Assembly: GCA_051294375.1 (NCBI GenBank)
Contig: JBJCIZ010001169.1
Location: 1-12,015 of the forward strand
Direction of reading: 5' to 3'
DNA from: Paraspadella gotoi
Lineage: Eukaryota; Animalia; Chaetognatha
DNA: 12,015 nucleotides
Positions 8,859 to 12,015 of this stretch are shown in pieces (the stretch's first letter is position 1; each line of letters opens with the position of its first letter). The position numbers were made by a program, and so were the translations under genes. Below the pieces are notes generated by a model. The model was not told where the DNA came from, made no database searches, and saw nothing but the letters and a program-made list of their open reading frames with translations.

Positions 8859-10010
8859 TTTTTTCGGTCCGTCGATCCGGCACCCTCACTATTGTCGGGC
8901 ACACGATTACCACTTATATATGGTCAGAATCACTCGAATTATGATAATATGCAAAAAAAAATGATGTCCGTCCGTCCGTGCTGTCCGTACCGTCGCGCGT
9001 CCGTCGTCGCGCGTCCGTCCGTCCCACCTTAGCAAAAAACACCAATTACTCGTGATTGGATGGATGGATTTAAATGAAAATTTTGTGTGCTGGATAGGTA
9101 CAGTGGTGTGATTGACCTGGATATTAAGTTTCGGATGGAATCGTCCGAGTGGAGATGAGTTAAATGGAAAAAAAACAAAAGAAGAATATACTTCACTATT
9201 TGAAACACGCAATTGGCTCATGAGTGTGGCTGATGGACTGATTGACCTGGAATTTTATGTGGGTAAGGAAGGGTGGGTGATGAACAGGAATCAGTTTCCG
9301 GATGGAATAGTGTTGGATTGGAAATGAGTTTTAAATGGAAAAAAACAAAAAACCTGTTTTACCTAATATGTTTATCGCTCTCTTCTTCCTTATTCATTAA
9401 ACTATGGTCATCTCTGACAGGATGTATTACTAAATCAGAAATCATTAATCAGTTTAATGTATCAATTAGTGAAATAAATAGAGATGCAATATTTAATTAG
9501 ATTACCCGCTCAACATGCAATCCCGTCCATAACACGAGATGCCGAGCCATCCTCCCTTTAGCAAAAAGCTCCAATAACTCGTGATGGGGGCTGGGTTGGA
9601 TTGGAATTAAAATTTGTTGTGTGGGTAGGAAAGTGTGGTGATAAGGTGGATATAAAATTTCGATGGAATCGTGTGAGTGGAATTAGTTTAAATGGAAAAA
9701 ACATAAGTCGAATTTACTAAATTTTTTACTTATTTTAACCAACTAAAATACTCCAATTAATCATATGCGATGGATAGATTTGAGTTGAAATTTGTGGTGT
9801 GGGTAGAAAAGCGTATGACGAAGGCTTGATATACATAGTTTCGAGTGGAGAAACGTACCCATGGAAAATAGGTTTAATGAAAAAAAATATGATCACATTT
9901 ACTTGAATTCTTTTGTAGTTAATTTAACCCATGATAGATTGAGATGAAAATTTTGTGAGCTCGGTAGGAAAAGTCAGTGAAGAAGCTCGATATAAAGTTT
10001 TGACGGAATG
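8859..10010 (+). mobile_element. Non-autonomous Helentron-associated (HINE/DINE-1-like) element with GTCC microsatellite and internal tandem repeats
   Basis: T-run at 8859-8864, degenerate (GTCC)n at ~8966-9024, then about five diverged units (GAT...AAATTT(T)GTG...GGTAG...GATAT..AGTTTCG.ATGGAAT...TTAAATGGAAAAAA). The 3' end was not resolved. Confidence 0.55.
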
Positions 10011-10096
10011 CAAGTTGAAAAATAGTATGCAAGTTGAAAAAAATGATGCAAGTTAAAAAAATCTAAAAGATAAGGATCGTCGGCTATTGCATAAAA

Positions 10097-10187
10097 AGAG
10101 AGAGAGTGAGAGAGAGAAGAGAGAGGAGAGAAGGAGAGAGAGAGTGAGAGAGAAAGAGAGAGAGTGAGAGGAGGAGAGAGAAGGAGA
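10097..10187 (+). repeat. Imperfect (GA)n tract
   Basis: About 90 bp of almost pure G/A. Confidence 0.9.
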
Positions 10188-10194
10188 CATAAAA

Positions 10195-11070
10195 TAAAAA
10201 AAATCTTAAAAGACTCAAGATCGAGCCAGAGCCCACTATATAGAAATTAAATGAAAAAAACGAAAATGAATCATGCGATAACGAATTGTGATGTACTATG
10301 TAATTGATGAGGTAATACTAAATTGATTGATGTAATAGTAAATTTATTGATGTAATAGGCAATTGATTATTGATTCGATGATAATCAATTAATTGATGCG
10401 TATGATAGTCATTCACTGCTGATGATGATCAGTCATTCAGTGATAGCGATGATGTCATTCATTGATGTCGATGATTGTCATTCATTGATGGCGATGATAG
10501 TCCATAAAACAACAAATGCGTGTATGAGTGAAAGAGAGATAGAGGAGAGAGAAAGAGAGAGAGAGGAAAGAAGAGAGAGAGAGAAAAGAGAGAGAGAGAG
10601 AGAAGAAGAGGAGAGAGAGAAAAGAATAAATCCACGAAAATCTCGGATGAAATATGGGATTTTGTATTGAAAAAAGCGGGAATACATGGAATAACTAAAA
10701 GTTTTTTAGAAGGAAAAAATAATCAGATTTTTCCAAAAAACAAACGATTCACTGCAAAAGATCGGACAGAAAGGGACAGACACATACAGAGGCACAGAAG
10801 AGACAGAGAGAGAGAGAGAAAAGAGAGAGAGAGGAGAAGACAGCCGCTGCAGAGAAAAAGAGAAAGAGGAATATGATAGGTCCATAATTAAGAGAGAGAG
10901 AGCAGAAGAAGCTCACTAGCCCTTTACTCGTTAAAGAATCACAGTACTTATGGCGGCCGCACGTAGCGCTGAGCTATTCTCTACCCAAAGGAACCGGTCG
11001 CGCCCTGTTCGCGGCATCGTTTTTTACATCTAGTGAACCCCCATTATATCCTCAAAAATTTTTTTTTGTA

Positions 11071-11110
<40 letters not shown>

Positions 11111-11428
11111 GAGAAAGAAGCTGGACAGACGCTGCAGAGCCGGAACTCGTTTTTTTACGAAGAAGCAGTGACGGAGAAAAAGAGAGAGAGAGAGAGAGCG
11201 TACATATAATTAAAACGTTTTTTGTTTTGTAAATATAAACATAAACAATACCGAATGATTGATATGAAACATGAGAATTTTACAAGACTTGATGATTAGA
11301 AGCCATATATGGAAAATTAACCCTATGATATCACACTTTCAGAAGCCCATGATTGCAAAAAGCGAGACCGAAAGCTAAACCGAAAAAAAATCTAGACAGG
11401 ACGGGCTTTGCCCGCCTGGCTCGATAAT
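10195..11428 (-). mobile_element. Second HINE-like non-autonomous element with subterminal inverted repeats
   Basis: Perfect 10-bp inverted repeat ATCGAGCCAG (10220-10229) / CTGGCTCGAT (11416-11425). Hairpin CAGG(A)CGGGC-TTT-GCCCGCCTG at 11397-11418. Small palindrome ATCTT..AAGAT (10203-10221) followed by a T-run on the minus strand. The interior is simple repeats. Confidence 0.5.
10526..11198 (+). repeat. Cluster of imperfect (GA)n tracts
   Basis: GA runs at ~10526-10620, 10795-10900, 11079-11118 and 11173-11198. They explain the ER/LS-repeat ORFs. Confidence 0.9.
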
Positions 11429-11529
11429 AGAGGATATTTTTCGTTTTGATATAATGTAAACAAACATTTTAATAACTGTCCTGAACTCAATTTTTAAGGA
11501 CATCGTGATTACAAAGCTGCAATATAAAT

Positions 11530-11680
11530 ATATTTAACTACTAATTTAATTAATTATTAATTAATCTAATTAATTAATCTTTAATTAATTATTAATTATT
11601 TAATTAATTATCAAGTTAATTAATTACATTATCGTAGCAGATCCGACATTGTTTGCTCAAACTTGTTTTTTTGGTCATTC
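11530..11680 (-). repeat. Inverted copy of the repeat family at 1-720
   Basis: CATTGTTTGCTCAAACTTGTTT (11647-11668) is the exact reverse complement of 233-254, next to an AATT-rich tract. Confidence 0.85.
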
Positions 11681-11747
11681 ACTAAAGCTGCGGGTCTCGT
11701 TAGGAATCCCTCTCGTCGACAAAAAGTTAACCCAGAATCGCCGCATT

Positions 11748-11772
11748 NNNNNNNNNNNNNNNNNNNNNNNNN
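11748..11772. other. Assembly gap (25 N)
   Basis: Run of 25 N. Confidence 1.
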
Positions 11773-12015
11773 TTTTATTACGTTCTATACCTTTAGATTT
11801 CCTTATGTATCGTCCTCGTTTTGTTGGAACCTTTAATGGACGGCCTGATCTCTTATTATCCTGGTGACTGGAATTACTTGTCTTTTCTGGATTGTACTCA
11901 TTGCAAGAGTTACTATCTACCGGGCTCTCTGCAGCACGAGGGGAACAAATGTATTTAAAAAATGAATTAATTAAATTAGATTACTTTATTAAGAAGTTTA
12001 TAAAAAGTTTTATAA
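11773..12015 (-). repeat. Direct second copy of 2077-2323 (transposase exon plus flanking introns)
   Basis: Colinear with 2077-2323, e.g. identical AATGGACGGCCTGATCTCTTATTATCCTGGTGACTGGAATTACTTGTCTTTTCTGGATTGT. Differences are mostly 1-bp indels. Confidence 0.95.

Noticed and set aside
8907-9500. ORFs 8907-9221, 9112-9327 and 9273-9500
   Set aside because: They lie in microsatellite and tandem-repeat DNA and show no protein motif.
9020-10010. CRISPR-like repeat-spacer array
   Set aside because: Units are long and degenerate over their whole length, there are no cas genes, and the context is eukaryotic.
10422-10876. ER-rich and LS-rich ORFs
   Set aside because: Translations of (GA)n tracts.
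11649-11867. ORF spanning the N gap
   Set aside because: Artefact of translating through Ns.

Overview
AT-rich eukaryotic (probably invertebrate animal) genomic DNA with short GT-AG introns, microsatellites, dense single-base indel noise and a 25-N gap. The ORF track misses the real genes because they are spliced and frameshifted. (1) Minus strand ~951-2486: an intron-rich DDE transposase gene of the Kolobok/'Mutator-like' type, with a Cys4 motif and a DxxW first catalytic Asp, cut off before the remaining catalytic residues. (2) Plus strand ~3774-5858: tentative exon-like segments of an unidentified gene lying head-to-head with the transposase. (3) Minus strand 7271-8145: a cyclin D terminal exon (VCEEQKC...TPTDV) with many 1-bp indels; exon 1 was not found. 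(4) Upstream of that exon, in the presumed intron 1: two Helentron-associated (HINE/DINE-like) elements. (5) An AATC-rich repeat present in inverted orientation near both window ends, and a second copy of a transposase exon after the gap. No prokaryotic features, CRISPR arrays or RNA genes were seen.
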